Shown here in pieces: positions 28,590-37,806 of a stretch of 64,000 nucleotides of DNA. The stretch is from an uncultured Lachnospiraceae bacterium (lineage in GTDB: Bacteria; Bacillota; Clostridia; Lachnospirales; Lachnospiraceae). The translations under genes and the position numbers were made by a program. Position 1 is the stretch's first letter. Every line of letters starts with the position of its first letter. The DNA lies in NCBI GenBank assembly GCA_910577735.1, contig CAJTOO010000015.1, positions 16,074 to 80,073 of the forward strand. The letters are read 5' to 3'. The notes under the pieces are model-generated. The model saw only the letters and a program-made list of their open reading frames with translations, did not search any database and was not told the origin of the DNA.

Positions 28590-30116
28590 ATGATAGCAGA
28601 TATGATTTATCAGAAGGTAAAAGAATATATATTGCAGCATCGGATGATTGAGCAGGGAGACTTTGTGGCGGCAGGCGTATCCGGCGGGGCCGATTCTGTC
28701 TGCCTGCTTTATCTTCTGCGGCGTCTGCAAAAGGAGATATCTTACCGGCTTGCGGTAGTGCATGTGAACCATGGCGCCCGTGAGGATGCCGTGAAAGATG
28801 CAGCCTATGCGAAGAGTCTGTGTGAAAAACTGGATGTGCCCTTTTATCTGAAAGAAGTGGACATGTACGGATATGCTGCGCTTCACAAACTGTCTCCGGA
28901 AGAAGCAGGGAGGGTTCTTAGGTATCAGGCGTTTCAGGAGGTGATAAACGGGCATAATGAAAAGGGAGGCGGTAAGATTGCCGTTGCCCACAATGCCAAT
29001 GACAGGGCGGAGACCATGCTTTTTCATATGTTCAGAGGAAGCGGACTGGAGGGTTTGGGTTCCATCCGGCCAGTGAGAGAACGGGTGATTCGGCCTGTAT
29101 TGTGCCTTACCCGGGAGGAGATTGAGGACTATCTGAAAGAACAGGGGATAGCTTACTGTCAGGACAGCAGCAATGCGGAGGATATGTATGCCCGCAACCG
29201 GATACGCCATCATATTCTGCCCTATGCAGAAAAGGAGATCTGTGCCAGGGCAGTACCCCATATGAATGAGCTGGCAGATATTTTGACGGAGACGGAGACA
29301 TATTTACGCCAGGAGACCGAGCGGTTGTTCAGGAAGCACACGGATACAGCGCTGTGGGGAGAAGAGAGAAGGGAAGATATCACACAGGATGGCGCAGGAG
29401 AAAGGGATAGTTGTAATAATCTGTGTATCCGGGGAGAGGGCCTTTTAACGGAAGCGTCTGTCATGATCAAGAGAGTGCTTTTGTATGCACTGGAGTATAT
29501 GACACCTCACAGAAAGGATATCACGAGGAAACACATTGCAGATTTAGAGGGACTTTTGCACAAGAGCGGCAGTAAAGAACTGTTTCTGCCGCATGGAATC
29601 AGGGTCTATAAGGAGTATGGGAACCTGATCCTGCAAAGAGTGGATAAATCCGTTCCCATGCAGGATAAAGCAGACAAAGAGCAGGAAAGTTTTGTGATCG
29701 AACCGCCCGCAGAGGTGTGCATACCGGCCGTGGGGTGCTTTTCCTTTACCCTGCTTGATAGGGATTTGTTCTCTCAGGAACATGTTTTCTGCCAAAAGGC
29801 GCAAAATATTCCAGAAAATAGATATACGAAATGGTTTGATTATGATAAAATAACTACGTCTTTACTGTTAAGGACGAGACAGGCGGGGGATTATCTGGCT
29901 ATTGATAAGGCGCTCCATACCAAGTCCCTCAAACAGTATATGATCAACGAAAAAATCCCGAAAATGCAGCGTGACAGCATGTATGTACTGGCTGACGGCT
30001 CACATATCCTGTGGGTACCGGATCACCGGATCAGCCAATATTACAAAGTGGATGAAAGTACAAAATGTATCTTACAGGTACAGTTAAGAGGAGGGTATCA
30101 TGGCGGAACGAATTGA
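28590..30116 (+). CDS. tilS: tRNA(Ile)-lysidine synthetase
   Basis: PP-loop GVSGGADSVCLL and a C-terminal TilS substrate domain. The start is ambiguous (28554, 28590 or 28602). Confidence 0.9.
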   Translation: MIADMIYQKVKEYILQHRMIEQGDFVAAGVSGGADSVCLLYLLRRLQKEISYRLAVVHVNHGAREDAVKDAAYAKSLCEKLDVPFYLKEVDMYGYAALHKLSPEEAGRVLRYQAFQEVINGHNEKGGGKIAVAHNANDRAETMLFHMFRGSGLEGLGSIRPVRERVIRPVLCLTREEIEDYLKEQGIAYCQDSSNAEDMYARNRIRHHILPYAEKEICARAVPHMNELADILTETETYLRQETERLFRKHTDTALWGEERREDITQDGAGERDSCNNLCIRGEGLLTEASVMIKRVLLYALEYMTPHRKDITRKHIADLEGLLHKSGSKELFLPHGIRVYKEYGNLILQRVDKSVPMQDKADKEQESFVIEPPAEVCIPAVGCFSFTLLDRDLFSQEHVFCQKAQNIPENRYTKWFDYDKITTSLLLRTRQAGDYLAIDKALHTKSLKQYMINEKIPKMQRDSMYVLADGSHILWVPDHRISQYYKVDESTKCILQVQLRGGYHGGTN

Positions 30117-30624
30117 GGTATTGTTGACGGAGGAAGAGGTTGATAAGAGAATCCAGGAGATTGGCGATCAGATTTCCAGGGATTACGCCGGCAAACAGGT
30201 ACATCTGGTATGTGTCTTAAAGGGCGGCAGCTTCTTTATGTGTGAGCTTGCCAAGCGTATCACGGTGCCGGTTTCACTTGACTTTATGTCAGTGTCCAGC
30301 TATGGCGGGGATACGAAATCCAGTGGGGTAGTCAGAATCGTGAAAGATTTAGATGAGCCTTTACAGGACAAACATGTGTTGGTAGTGGAAGATATCGTAG
30401 ATTCCGGACGGACTCTCAGTTATCTGCTGGATATGCTAAGAGACAGAGGGCCGAAAGATGTGAGACTCTGCACTTTGTTAGATAAGCCGGACCGGAGAGT
30501 GGTGGATGTGAAAGTGGATTATACAGGGTTTGAAATTCCGGACAAGTTCGTGGTGGGATACGGGCTGGATTATGACCAGAAATATCGAAATCTGCCTTAT
30601 ATTGGTGTGGTAAATTTTGATTAG
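30100..30624 (+). CDS. hpt: Hypoxanthine phosphoribosyltransferase
   Basis: PRPP motif VLVVEDIVDSGRTL and a C-terminal YRNLPYIG. It overlaps the end of tilS by 17 nt. Confidence 0.95.
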   Translation: MAERIEVLLTEEEVDKRIQEIGDQISRDYAGKQVHLVCVLKGGSFFMCELAKRITVPVSLDFMSVSSYGGDTKSSGVVRIVKDLDEPLQDKHVLVVEDIVDSGRTLSYLLDMLRDRGPKDVRLCTLLDKPDRRVVDVKVDYTGFEIPDKFVVGYGLDYDQKYRNLPYIGVVNFD

Positions 30625-30639
30625 AGAAAGAGGTATGTC

Positions 30640-32490
30640 TTGAGCAAGAATAATAAAAGTTTCTATATCTATTTTGTTATCATCATTAGCTTGCTTTTAC
30701 TTACTGTCTGGGTAGGCACCTTACGGGTACAGAACAACGGCTATACAAGGGGTGAGTTTGAAGAACAGCTTGAGAAAAATGAGATAGCAGTGGTCAATAT
30801 CTGTCCGAATAAAGATGTGCCTACCGGTTCTTTAGAGATTGTTCTAAAGAACGGGGAAGAAAGGGTCCTTTATGTGACAGATGTAACAGAAATGGAATAC
30901 CTGGTCAGAAGCTATGGCATAGACTGTGGAGTGGAAAGTGTTCCGGAGGAGAGCTGGTTTCTTAACAGTGTCTTGCCGATACTGATCGTCGTGGTGGTAT
31001 GCGTCTTTTTCTTTGTGATGATGAACGCACAGAATTCCGGCGGCGGTGGCGGCGGCAGAATGATGAATTTCGGGAAGAGCCGTGCAAAGCTTACTCTGGG
31101 CGGTGAGAATAAGATTACCCTGGGAGAAGTGGCAGGGCTGAAAGAAGAGAAAGAAGAACTTCAGGAGATTGTGGAGTTCTTGCGGGAGCCGGGTAAATTT
31201 ACCAAGGTGGGAGCCAGAATCCCCAAAGGGGTACTCTTAGAAGGTGCGCCGGGTACTGGTAAGACACTTCTTGCCAAAGCGATTGCCGGTGAGGCCAATG
31301 TGCCGTTTTTCAGTATTTCGGGATCTGATTTCGTGGAGATGTTTGTCGGCGTGGGTGCGTCCCGTGTGCGTGATATGTTTGCGGAGGCGAAGAGACATGC
31401 GCCTTGTATTATATTCATTGACGAGATTGATGCAGTGGCCAGACGGCGCGGTACCGGTATGGGCGGCGGCCATGATGAGAGAGAACAGACATTAAACCAG
31501 CTGTTGGTGGAGATGGACGGTTTTGGCGTCAACGAAGGGATCATCGTGATGGCGGCTACAAACCGCGTGGATATTCTGGATCCGGCGATTTTGCGTCCGG
31601 GACGTTTTGACAGAAAGATTACCGTAGCATCCCCGGATGTACGGGGCAGAGAAGATATTCTGAAAGTGCATGCCAAGAACAAGCCGCTTGGAGATGATGT
31701 GGATCTGCAGCAGATCGCGCAGACCACAGCCGGTTTTACAGGGGCGGATTTAGAGAACCTTTTAAATGAGGCGGCCATCAATGCGGCCATGGACAAGCGG
31801 GCTTTCGTGAAGCAGGAAGATATTAAAAGAGCCTTTATCAAAGTGGGGATTGGTGCGGAGAAGAAGAGCCGCATCATTTCAGAGAAAGAGAAAAAGATTA
31901 CTGCCTATCATGAAGCGGGACATGCGATTCTTTTCCATGTACTGCCTGATGTGGGACCGGTCTATACAGTATCTATTATTCCCACAGGACTTGGGGCGGC
32001 AGGCTATACGATGCCGCTTCCTGAGAAGGATGAGATGTTCCTGACAAAGGGTAAAATGATAGAAGACATCATGGTATCATTAGGCGGACGAATCGCGGAG
32101 GAAATCATCTTTGATGACATCACCACAGGGGCATCCAGCGATATCAAGAAAGCTACCAAGACAGCCCGCAGAATGGTGACGCGGTATGGCATGTCTGATA
32201 ATATCGGTGTTATCAATTATGATGATGACGATGACGAGGTATTCATCGGCAGGGATCTGGCGCATGCAAAGGGTCATAGCGAACTGGTATCCGGAGAGAT
32301 TGACAGAGAAGTGAAGGCAATCATCGACGAGTGTTATCGTAAGGCAAAAGAGATTATTGAAGAGCATGAGGATGTTCTGCATAAATGTGCTGAGCTTCTG
32401 TTACAGAAGGAAAAAATCAACCGTGCTGAGTTCGAGGCGCTCTTTGATACTTACTATCCGCAGCCGGAAGAACCCGGGGAACTGATATAA
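30640..32490 (+). CDS. ftsH: ATP-dependent zinc metalloprotease FtsH
   Basis: Walker A GAPGTGKT, Walker B IIFIDEID, the SRH region and the zinc motif HEAGHA. Two TM segments and a TTG start. Confidence 0.95.
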   Translation: MSKNNKSFYIYFVIIISLLLLTVWVGTLRVQNNGYTRGEFEEQLEKNEIAVVNICPNKDVPTGSLEIVLKNGEERVLYVTDVTEMEYLVRSYGIDCGVESVPEESWFLNSVLPILIVVVVCVFFFVMMNAQNSGGGGGGRMMNFGKSRAKLTLGGENKITLGEVAGLKEEKEELQEIVEFLREPGKFTKVGARIPKGVLLEGAPGTGKTLLAKAIAGEANVPFFSISGSDFVEMFVGVGASRVRDMFAEAKRHAPCIIFIDEIDAVARRRGTGMGGGHDEREQTLNQLLVEMDGFGVNEGIIVMAATNRVDILDPAILRPGRFDRKITVASPDVRGREDILKVHAKNKPLGDDVDLQQIAQTTAGFTGADLENLLNEAAINAAMDKRAFVKQEDIKRAFIKVGIGAEKKSRIISEKEKKITAYHEAGHAILFHVLPDVGPVYTVSIIPTGLGAAGYTMPLPEKDEMFLTKGKMIEDIMVSLGGRIAEEIIFDDITTGASSDIKKATKTARRMVTRYGMSDNIGVINYDDDDDEVFIGRDLAHAKGHSELVSGEIDREVKAIIDECYRKAKEIIEEHEDVLHKCAELLLQKEKINRAEFEALFDTYYPQPEEPGELI

Positions 32491-32559
32491 AAAGATGGTG
32501 ATTGTGTAAAATATACAAAAATGGACACAACAAATTGTAATATTTGTGAATCCTTAGTA

Positions 32560-32588
32560 TTGTAGACAGACAGGGGGTATGATAATAT
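32560..32588 (+). promoter_or_regulatory. Candidate sigma-A promoter with extended -10, downstream of ftsH
   Basis: TTGTAG, a 17-nt spacer, then TGATAATAT (TGn plus TAATAT). Confidence 0.45.
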
Positions 32589-32594
32589 ACTACT

Positions 32595-32690
32595 TGTAAC
32601 CCCCCAATACATTATATAGTTTTTTGCTATACCCCATAAGAAAGAAATACCTTCTCTAAAAAAGACAGTTTTCTAAACTGTCTTTTTTAC
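32595..32690 (+). ncRNA. Candidate small RNA of about 95 nt with two C-rich motifs
   Basis: It lies between the candidate promoter and an intrinsic terminator: AAGACAGTTT (TCT) AAACTGTCTT plus a T-run at 32662-32690. It contains CCCCCC (32600-32605) and CCCC (32632-32635), and no ORF with an RBS. Confidence 0.35.
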
Positions 32691-32703
32691 TTTCTATAGG
32701 AAA

Positions 32704-32761
32704 AGGCCCGCTGCGCCGAGTCTGCGAAGCGGATTTTGCAGTCGGACGGGCTTGATTTTTT
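32704..32761 (+). terminator. Second terminator-like hairpin with a large structured loop
   Basis: AGGCCCG ... CGGGCTT (7 bp including one G-U pair) encloses an internal CCGA-CTGC/GCAG-CGG helix and is followed by GATTTTTT. Confidence 0.4.
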
Positions 32762-32781
32762 CCTGTTTAGTGGTTCCACTC

Positions 32782-32810
32782 TTGAATATCCACAATATAT
32801 AAGATAAAAT
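32782..32810 (+). promoter_or_regulatory. Candidate promoter for the GH13 gene
   Basis: TTGAAT, a 17-nt spacer, then TAAAAT, about 40 nt upstream of ATG 32853. Confidence 0.45.
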
Positions 32811-32852
32811 AGATACGTAAGTTTTTTTGCGATTCTGAAAGAAAGGCTCGAT

Positions 32853-34985
32853 ATGGATATCAATCAATTTCAAAAAGCAGAAAAAAATCAAATGTACATG
32901 GCAAGTATGCGGCCTGTGTTCAATAGGAAGGCACTGTTCTCAGACATGACGGAAGATTATGTGTGCCCGCCGGAACCCAGCGCTTACGAAGAAGTTATGA
33001 TTTATTTCCGTTCCGGAAGGAACAATATTGACAAAGTGTTTCTGGTGAGCAAAGGACAAAAGCATATTATGTCCAAAGTCGATTCCAATGCTTATTTTGA
33101 CTATTATGCTCTCAGCATTCAGTTAGAGGATGAGAAGTTAAGCTATTACTTTGAAGTACTTGCTGGTAAGATTGCCTGTTATTATGACCTGCGGGGTGTT
33201 ACGAAGGACATCAATGAATATTATCATTTTCAGTTGATTCCCGGTTTTAAGACGCCGGATTGGGCCAAAGGGGCTGTTTTTTATCAGATTTATGTGGATC
33301 GGTTCTATAACGGGGATCCCGGTAATGATGTGTTGACCAATGAATACCAATATATTGGAGATAAGTCCGTGCGGGTGGAGGACTGGAATAAATATCCTGC
33401 GGCCATGGGCGTGCGGGAGTTTTATGGCGGAGATTTGCAGGGTGTGCTGGATAAGATGGATTATCTGCAGGATCTTGGCGTGGATGTGATTTATTTTAAT
33501 CCTTTGTTCGTGTCGCCTTCCAACCATAAATATGACATTCAGGACTATGATTATATCGATCCCCACTTTGGCAGGATTGTACATGATGAAGGAGAACTTC
33601 TTGGGCCGGGGCAGAATGAGAACCGCTTTGCAACAAGGTATATTGACCGTATCTCCAATAAAGACAATCTGGAAGCCAGCAATGAACTCTTTGCCGAGGT
33701 GGTAAAAGAGGCGCACAGAAGAGGCATGAAAGTGATACTGGACGGTGTGTTCAATCACTGCGGCTCCTTTAATAAATGGCTGGACAGAGAGAGGATTTAT
33801 GAAAATGCTCCGGGTTACGAAAAGGGCGCCTATATTACAAAGGACAGTCCCTATCATAACTATTTCCAGTTTCTTGATGAGAACAGGTTCCCATATAATG
33901 GTTCCTATGATGGCTGGTGGGGACATGATACCCTGCCGAAACTGAATTACGAAAATTCCAGACAGTTGTTAGACTATGTGCTGTATATCGGAAGGAAATG
34001 GGTTTCCCCGCCTTATAATGCGGATGGCTGGAGACTGGATGTGGCGGCGGACTTAGGGCACAGCCCGGAGTTTAACCATTATTTCTGGCAGGAATTTCGC
34101 CGTGCGGTGAAGATGGCTAACCCCAATGCCATCATTCTGGCGGAGCACTATGGCAACCCGAGAGAGTGGCTGCAGGGTAAAGAATGGGATACCGTCATGA
34201 ACTATGATGCCTTTATGGAACCGGTAACCTGGTTTTTGACAGGCATGCAGAAACACAGCGATGACTATCGGGAAGATATGCGGGGCAATGCGGACAGTTT
34301 CTGGGGTGCCATGAGACATCACAGCGCTAATTTTACCATGCCTTCCCTGCTGGTGGCGATGAATGAGTTATCAAATCATGATCATTCCCGATTCCTCACC
34401 AGGACCAATCATAAAGTGGGCAGAACGAATACCCTGGGTGCCCATGCGGCCAATGAGGGTGTTAATAAGGCAGTGATGCGGGAAGCGGTAGTGATCCAGA
34501 TGACCTGGCCCGGAGCGCCTACCATTTATTATGGTGATGAGGCAGGCGTCTGTGGATTTACCGATCCTGATAACAGGCGGACATATCCCTGGGGACAGGA
34601 AGATCAGGAAATGATCGCTTTCCATAAGGACATCATCAGGATTCATAAGACCCATAAAGAGTTTTTGACAGGGTCATTAAAATATATAGATGCAGATTAT
34701 AATGTGATAGCTTACGGCAGATTCAACAAAACAGGCAAGTCCGTGATTCTGGTAAACAATAACGATCACGAGATTACCAAAGAGCTGTCCGTATGGTATC
34801 TGGATATTCCCAAAGAGTGTATGGTTAAGCAATTGCTTCTGACTACGGCGCAGGGATACACCACTGAATTTAAGGAACATCCGGTGGTGGCGGGCAAAGT
34901 TCGCGTGACGCTCCCAGCGACTTCAGCGATCATTCTCAGATATGAACATTCGCAGGACAGAAGTTTTGTACAGTTTGAGGGCTGA
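32853..34985 (+). CDS. GH13 alpha-amylase-family enzyme (neopullulanase/cyclomaltodextrinase-like)
   Basis: GH13 conserved regions GVDVIYFNPLF, VILDGVFNHCG, GWRLDVAADL (nucleophile), ILAEHYG (acid/base) and LSNHDHSRF. It has an N-terminal extra domain and no signal peptide. Confidence 0.88.
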   Translation: MDINQFQKAEKNQMYMASMRPVFNRKALFSDMTEDYVCPPEPSAYEEVMIYFRSGRNNIDKVFLVSKGQKHIMSKVDSNAYFDYYALSIQLEDEKLSYYFEVLAGKIACYYDLRGVTKDINEYYHFQLIPGFKTPDWAKGAVFYQIYVDRFYNGDPGNDVLTNEYQYIGDKSVRVEDWNKYPAAMGVREFYGGDLQGVLDKMDYLQDLGVDVIYFNPLFVSPSNHKYDIQDYDYIDPHFGRIVHDEGELLGPGQNENRFATRYIDRISNKDNLEASNELFAEVVKEAHRRGMKVILDGVFNHCGSFNKWLDRERIYENAPGYEKGAYITKDSPYHNYFQFLDENRFPYNGSYDGWWGHDTLPKLNYENSRQLLDYVLYIGRKWVSPPYNADGWRLDVAADLGHSPEFNHYFWQEFRRAVKMANPNAIILAEHYGNPREWLQGKEWDTVMNYDAFMEPVTWFLTGMQKHSDDYREDMRGNADSFWGAMRHHSANFTMPSLLVAMNELSNHDHSRFLTRTNHKVGRTNTLGAHAANEGVNKAVMREAVVIQMTWPGAPTIYYGDEAGVCGFTDPDNRRTYPWGQEDQEMIAFHKDIIRIHKTHKEFLTGSLKYIDADYNVIAYGRFNKTGKSVILVNNNDHEITKELSVWYLDIPKECMVKQLLLTTAQGYTTEFKEHPVVAGKVRVTLPATSAIILRYEHSQDRSFVQFEG

Positions 34986-34987
34986 TC

Positions 34988-36226
34988 ATGAAAATACTGA
35001 AATCAATTTTAGCGGGTATTGCAGTCATAACGGCACTGATGTGCATCCTGATTCTGTTATGTGCCCTCAATCCGAAGATCACAGAAAAATTATCGGGCCT
35101 GGTTTCACGGGATGCGCCGCAGACGCAGCAGGATGAGGTTTCCCAATCCGAGGAAGAAGAAACGTTTACACCTGATGAAGAACAGGAGAAGTCAGATTCG
35201 GAAACGGAGGAAGCATCAGAGCCGAAAGAAGAACCGGAAGAAGAGATAGAAGAGCCGGACGGGGAGAGCCGGGCCGTGGGGCCTTTAGATATGGGAACAC
35301 CCGGTGAAGCACAGGAAAGCGATGTGGTCAAAGGCACCAACGGCTACGAAGTGCCGTCGGAATCCGGTGTGAATGTACCCGAGGCCGTCAGCGGTAAGTC
35401 AGGGTATCAGCCGATTACAGAAAAGTCGGAGCAGCTGCCTGATGTAGAGGATGGCGAATATGTCAGCGATCTAGGATATGGGGAACTGGGGGATGGATAT
35501 GATTTTGATCCGCTCTTTTATCCCTATTATGCCATGTTGGATGACAAGGGGAAGCATTTGTACCGGCAGATTTTCGCCAATGCCAATGCCTTTAACGGCG
35601 CTTTTCAACCAATTGAGGCTGTGCCGGTTTCGGAGATTAAGAATGCCATCATGGCAGTCTATAATGATCATCCGGAATTGTTCTGGCTGAATACTGCTTT
35701 TGTCTGTAAATATGATAAAGATAAAATCTGTGCGGAACTGGAATTGGAATTTAGCATTCCGCGGGATGAATTTCCGAAAGCCTCGGCTCAGTTTTATAAT
35801 ACAGTCAACAGCATGCTGACACAGGTAGAGAATCTGAGCAATTATGAGAAGGAATTGCGGACGCACGATTATCTGATTGATAAGATTGAGTATGATAAAG
35901 GTGCGGCTATGAACCAGAGTGCATACAGCGCGCTGGTGGAAGGAAAGAGCGTATGTGCCGGTTATGCCAGGGCTTTTCAGTATCTTATGCAGAGAATGGG
36001 GATTCCCTGTTATTACTGTACTGGTTTCGCGGGAGAGGATCATGCCTGGAACATCGTTGCATTGGAAGACGGTTATTATAATGTGGATGTGACCTGGGAC
36101 GATACGCCCGGGGGAGAACACGATTATTTCAATAAGAGTGACCAGGACTTTGAAAGTACCCATGTCAGAAGGGATTTGTCCATTAACCTGCCCATATGTG
36201 AGGGACAACGATATCGGAGCCTGTAG
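34988..36226 (+). CDS. Membrane-anchored transglutaminase-like (papain-fold) protein
   Basis: An N-terminal TM anchor, an acidic Glu/Ser-rich linker, and the Cys-His-Asp core GKSVCAGYARAFQYL ... EDHAWNIV ... NVDVTWDD. Confidence 0.8.
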   Translation: MKILKSILAGIAVITALMCILILLCALNPKITEKLSGLVSRDAPQTQQDEVSQSEEEETFTPDEEQEKSDSETEEASEPKEEPEEEIEEPDGESRAVGPLDMGTPGEAQESDVVKGTNGYEVPSESGVNVPEAVSGKSGYQPITEKSEQLPDVEDGEYVSDLGYGELGDGYDFDPLFYPYYAMLDDKGKHLYRQIFANANAFNGAFQPIEAVPVSEIKNAIMAVYNDHPELFWLNTAFVCKYDKDKICAELELEFSIPRDEFPKASAQFYNTVNSMLTQVENLSNYEKELRTHDYLIDKIEYDKGAAMNQSAYSALVEGKSVCAGYARAFQYLMQRMGIPCYYCTGFAGEDHAWNIVALEDGYYNVDVTWDDTPGGEHDYFNKSDQDFESTHVRRDLSINLPICEGQRYRSL

Positions 36227-36308
36227 GGGATTCTCCCCATTGTGTGCGATTTTACTAAAGTGCGGATTGATTTGGCCTTATGCGTAAAAATATGGAGGTT
36301 AGGATAAA

Positions 36309-36626
36309 GTGCCAGGCGATAAGACAGTGTGCAATGAAGAGTTGATTTATGAGATACTTTCTGTGGTGGAAGAAATCCCGCCAGGCATGGTAGCATCTTA
36401 CGGACAGATTGCAAGATTGGTAGGCAGGGACAAGAATGCAAGATTGGTGGGAAAGATTTTGAGCCGTGCGGCATATTATGGAAGCTATCCCTGCCACAGG
36501 GTTGTGAACCACGCGGGCCGGTTGGCGCCGCACTGGGCAGGGCAGCAGGATTTGCTCTTAAAAGAAGGTGTAACCTTTAAAGAAAACGGTTGTGTCAATA
36601 TGCAGAAACATCAATGGGAGTGCTGA
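36309..36626 (+). CDS. MGMT-family protein (O6-alkylguanine-DNA alkyltransferase DNA-binding/active-site domain only)
   Basis: IPPGMVASYGQIARLVG ... PCHRVVNHAGRL, with the Cys of PCHR retained. 105 aa. A GTG start 10 nt after GGAGG. Confidence 0.8.
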   Translation: MPGDKTVCNEELIYEILSVVEEIPPGMVASYGQIARLVGRDKNARLVGKILSRAAYYGSYPCHRVVNHAGRLAPHWAGQQDLLLKEGVTFKENGCVNMQKHQWEC

Positions 36627-36634
36627 GGGCGCTC

Positions 36635-37162
36635 CTATTTTAATGAAGCTTGCTTCAGCTCCGAGAGATTCTGTATCAGGCGGACACCGTTTATCTGACT
36701 GATTTCATCGCGGATTGCCTGGGTGTCAGCATTGAGACGCACGCTCAGACGGTAATTAAAAGAATCCTGCAGAGGATTTTCCGTGAAAGTGTCTGCAATA
36801 TCATCATTCAGGTATGCTTCACGAAATGCATCCCAGGCTTCGTCTCCGCTTATGAAATGGCAGGATGTTATTCCGGAAATCTGTTTAAGCTCTTCCCCGA
36901 TCCGGTCAATTTCTGCCTGGGAAAGCGAAGCATCCATAAAGACAGCCAGGTTCTTTTCCTGATAAACATTGTAGGCCGCATAGGAAGTGGATCCGGTGAC
37001 CATAATTGCAAAGGCGGCAATCAGAGCCATGACAAGCCGCGAATAGCGTGTGCAGGGAAGATGTTTGGCCTGAGCCCCGCTGCAGTTGTGTAATAAAGAG
37101 TCTGCCAGCTCAGAAGGCATTGTGATAGCGTCTTTTATCTGTGTCATATCTTTTTCGTTCAT
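36635..37162 (-). CDS. Putative anti-sigma factor with an extracytoplasmic FtsX-ECD-like domain
   Basis: 4-nt overlap (ATGA) with the upstream ECF sigma gene and a single TM segment (LVMALIAAFAIMVTG). The C-terminal domain pattern (EIDRIGEELKQISGITSCHFISGDEAWDAFRE ... ENPLQDSF ... INGV) resembles the extracellular domain of FtsX. Confidence 0.65.
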   Translation of the reverse strand: MNEKDMTQIKDAITMPSELADSLLHNCSGAQAKHLPCTRYSRLVMALIAAFAIMVTGSTSYAAYNVYQEKNLAVFMDASLSQAEIDRIGEELKQISGITSCHFISGDEAWDAFREAYLNDDIADTFTENPLQDSFNYRLSVRLNADTQAIRDEISQINGVRLIQNLSELKQASLK

Positions 37163-37713
37163 AAGTTATAACTCTCCTTTTTGGTAGTTGTCAATTTTAT
37201 AAATGGGTTTTGTGAATTGCCTGTTGTAAGACCGCCTGCGGTGCAGGTCTTAGTTATAGCAATCTTAAGGGCCTCGCGTCCGCGCTGCAGCCGTTTCTTT
37301 ACAGCGCTTTTTGATAATTTGGTGATCTGTGCGATCTCTGCGACAGAGTAGCCCTCAAAATAATGCAGGATTAAGATGGTCTTATACTTAACGGGCAGGG
37401 CATAGAGTTCTTCAAGATGTTCCTTCTGTTCCGGGCCAGGCAGGGATTCTTTCAGAGACTCCAGGTCTGTATAGGCATTCTTTTTACGGAATCTGAGTAA
37501 GTCCATACAACAATTTGTTGTAACACGAAGAAGCCATGCCTTCTCATGCTCGGCTGATTGGAAGACTGGTGATTTCTCCAGATAGCGAAGAAGCACTTCC
37601 TGTAAGATATCCTGCACATCATGGGAATTTCCGAGCAGCAAAAATGCGCTGCGGTAAAGGGTGTTGCCATGGACTTGCAGAATATGCTTTACATCCGTTT
37701 CGCATTTGTGCAT
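37159..37713 (-). CDS. ECF-type sigma-70 family RNA polymerase sigma factor (module 1)
   Basis: Region 2 (DILQEVLLRYL ... EKAWLLRVTTNCCMD) and region 4 (ILHYFEGYSVAEIAQITKLSKSAVKKRLQRGREAL). Confidence 0.88.
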   Translation of the reverse strand: MHKCETDVKHILQVHGNTLYRSAFLLLGNSHDVQDILQEVLLRYLEKSPVFQSAEHEKAWLLRVTTNCCMDLLRFRKKNAYTDLESLKESLPGPEQKEHLEELYALPVKYKTILILHYFEGYSVAEIAQITKLSKSAVKKRLQRGREALKIAITKTCTAGGLTTGNSQNPFIKLTTTKKESYNL

Positions 37714-37753
37714 AACATCATGTTCTCCTTTCTTTGTTTTGGAGGCCTCTTGT

Positions 37754-37785
37754 CTTATATACGGATAGGAATGTCAAAAGGTGAC
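37754..37785 (-). promoter_or_regulatory. Candidate ECF-type autoregulatory promoter of sigma module 1
   Basis: The - strand reads GTCACC, TTTT plus 13 nt (17-nt spacer), then GTATATAAG. It ends about 40 nt upstream of the sigma ATG and has the same architecture as the motifs at 42578 and 44156. Confidence 0.5.
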
Positions 37786-37806
37786 TCTAAAAATATAGTT
37801 TATGTA

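Noticed and set aside
28353-29261. A 302-aa - strand ORF spanning the spoIIE-like/tilS junction.
   Set aside because: It is antisense to two well-supported genes (a PP2C domain and the PP-loop SGGADS). It has no recognisable motifs and no RBS.
31161-31877. A 238-aa - strand ORF inside ftsH, plus further long antisense ORFs at 33138-33926 (GH13), 35471-36208 (transglutaminase-like), 52361-53050 (histidine kinase), 61077-61820 (proS) and 51144-51647 (+ strand, opposite rubrerythrin).
   Set aside because: All lie fully within genes whose products carry unambiguous family motifs on the other strand. None has an RBS or recognisable domains.
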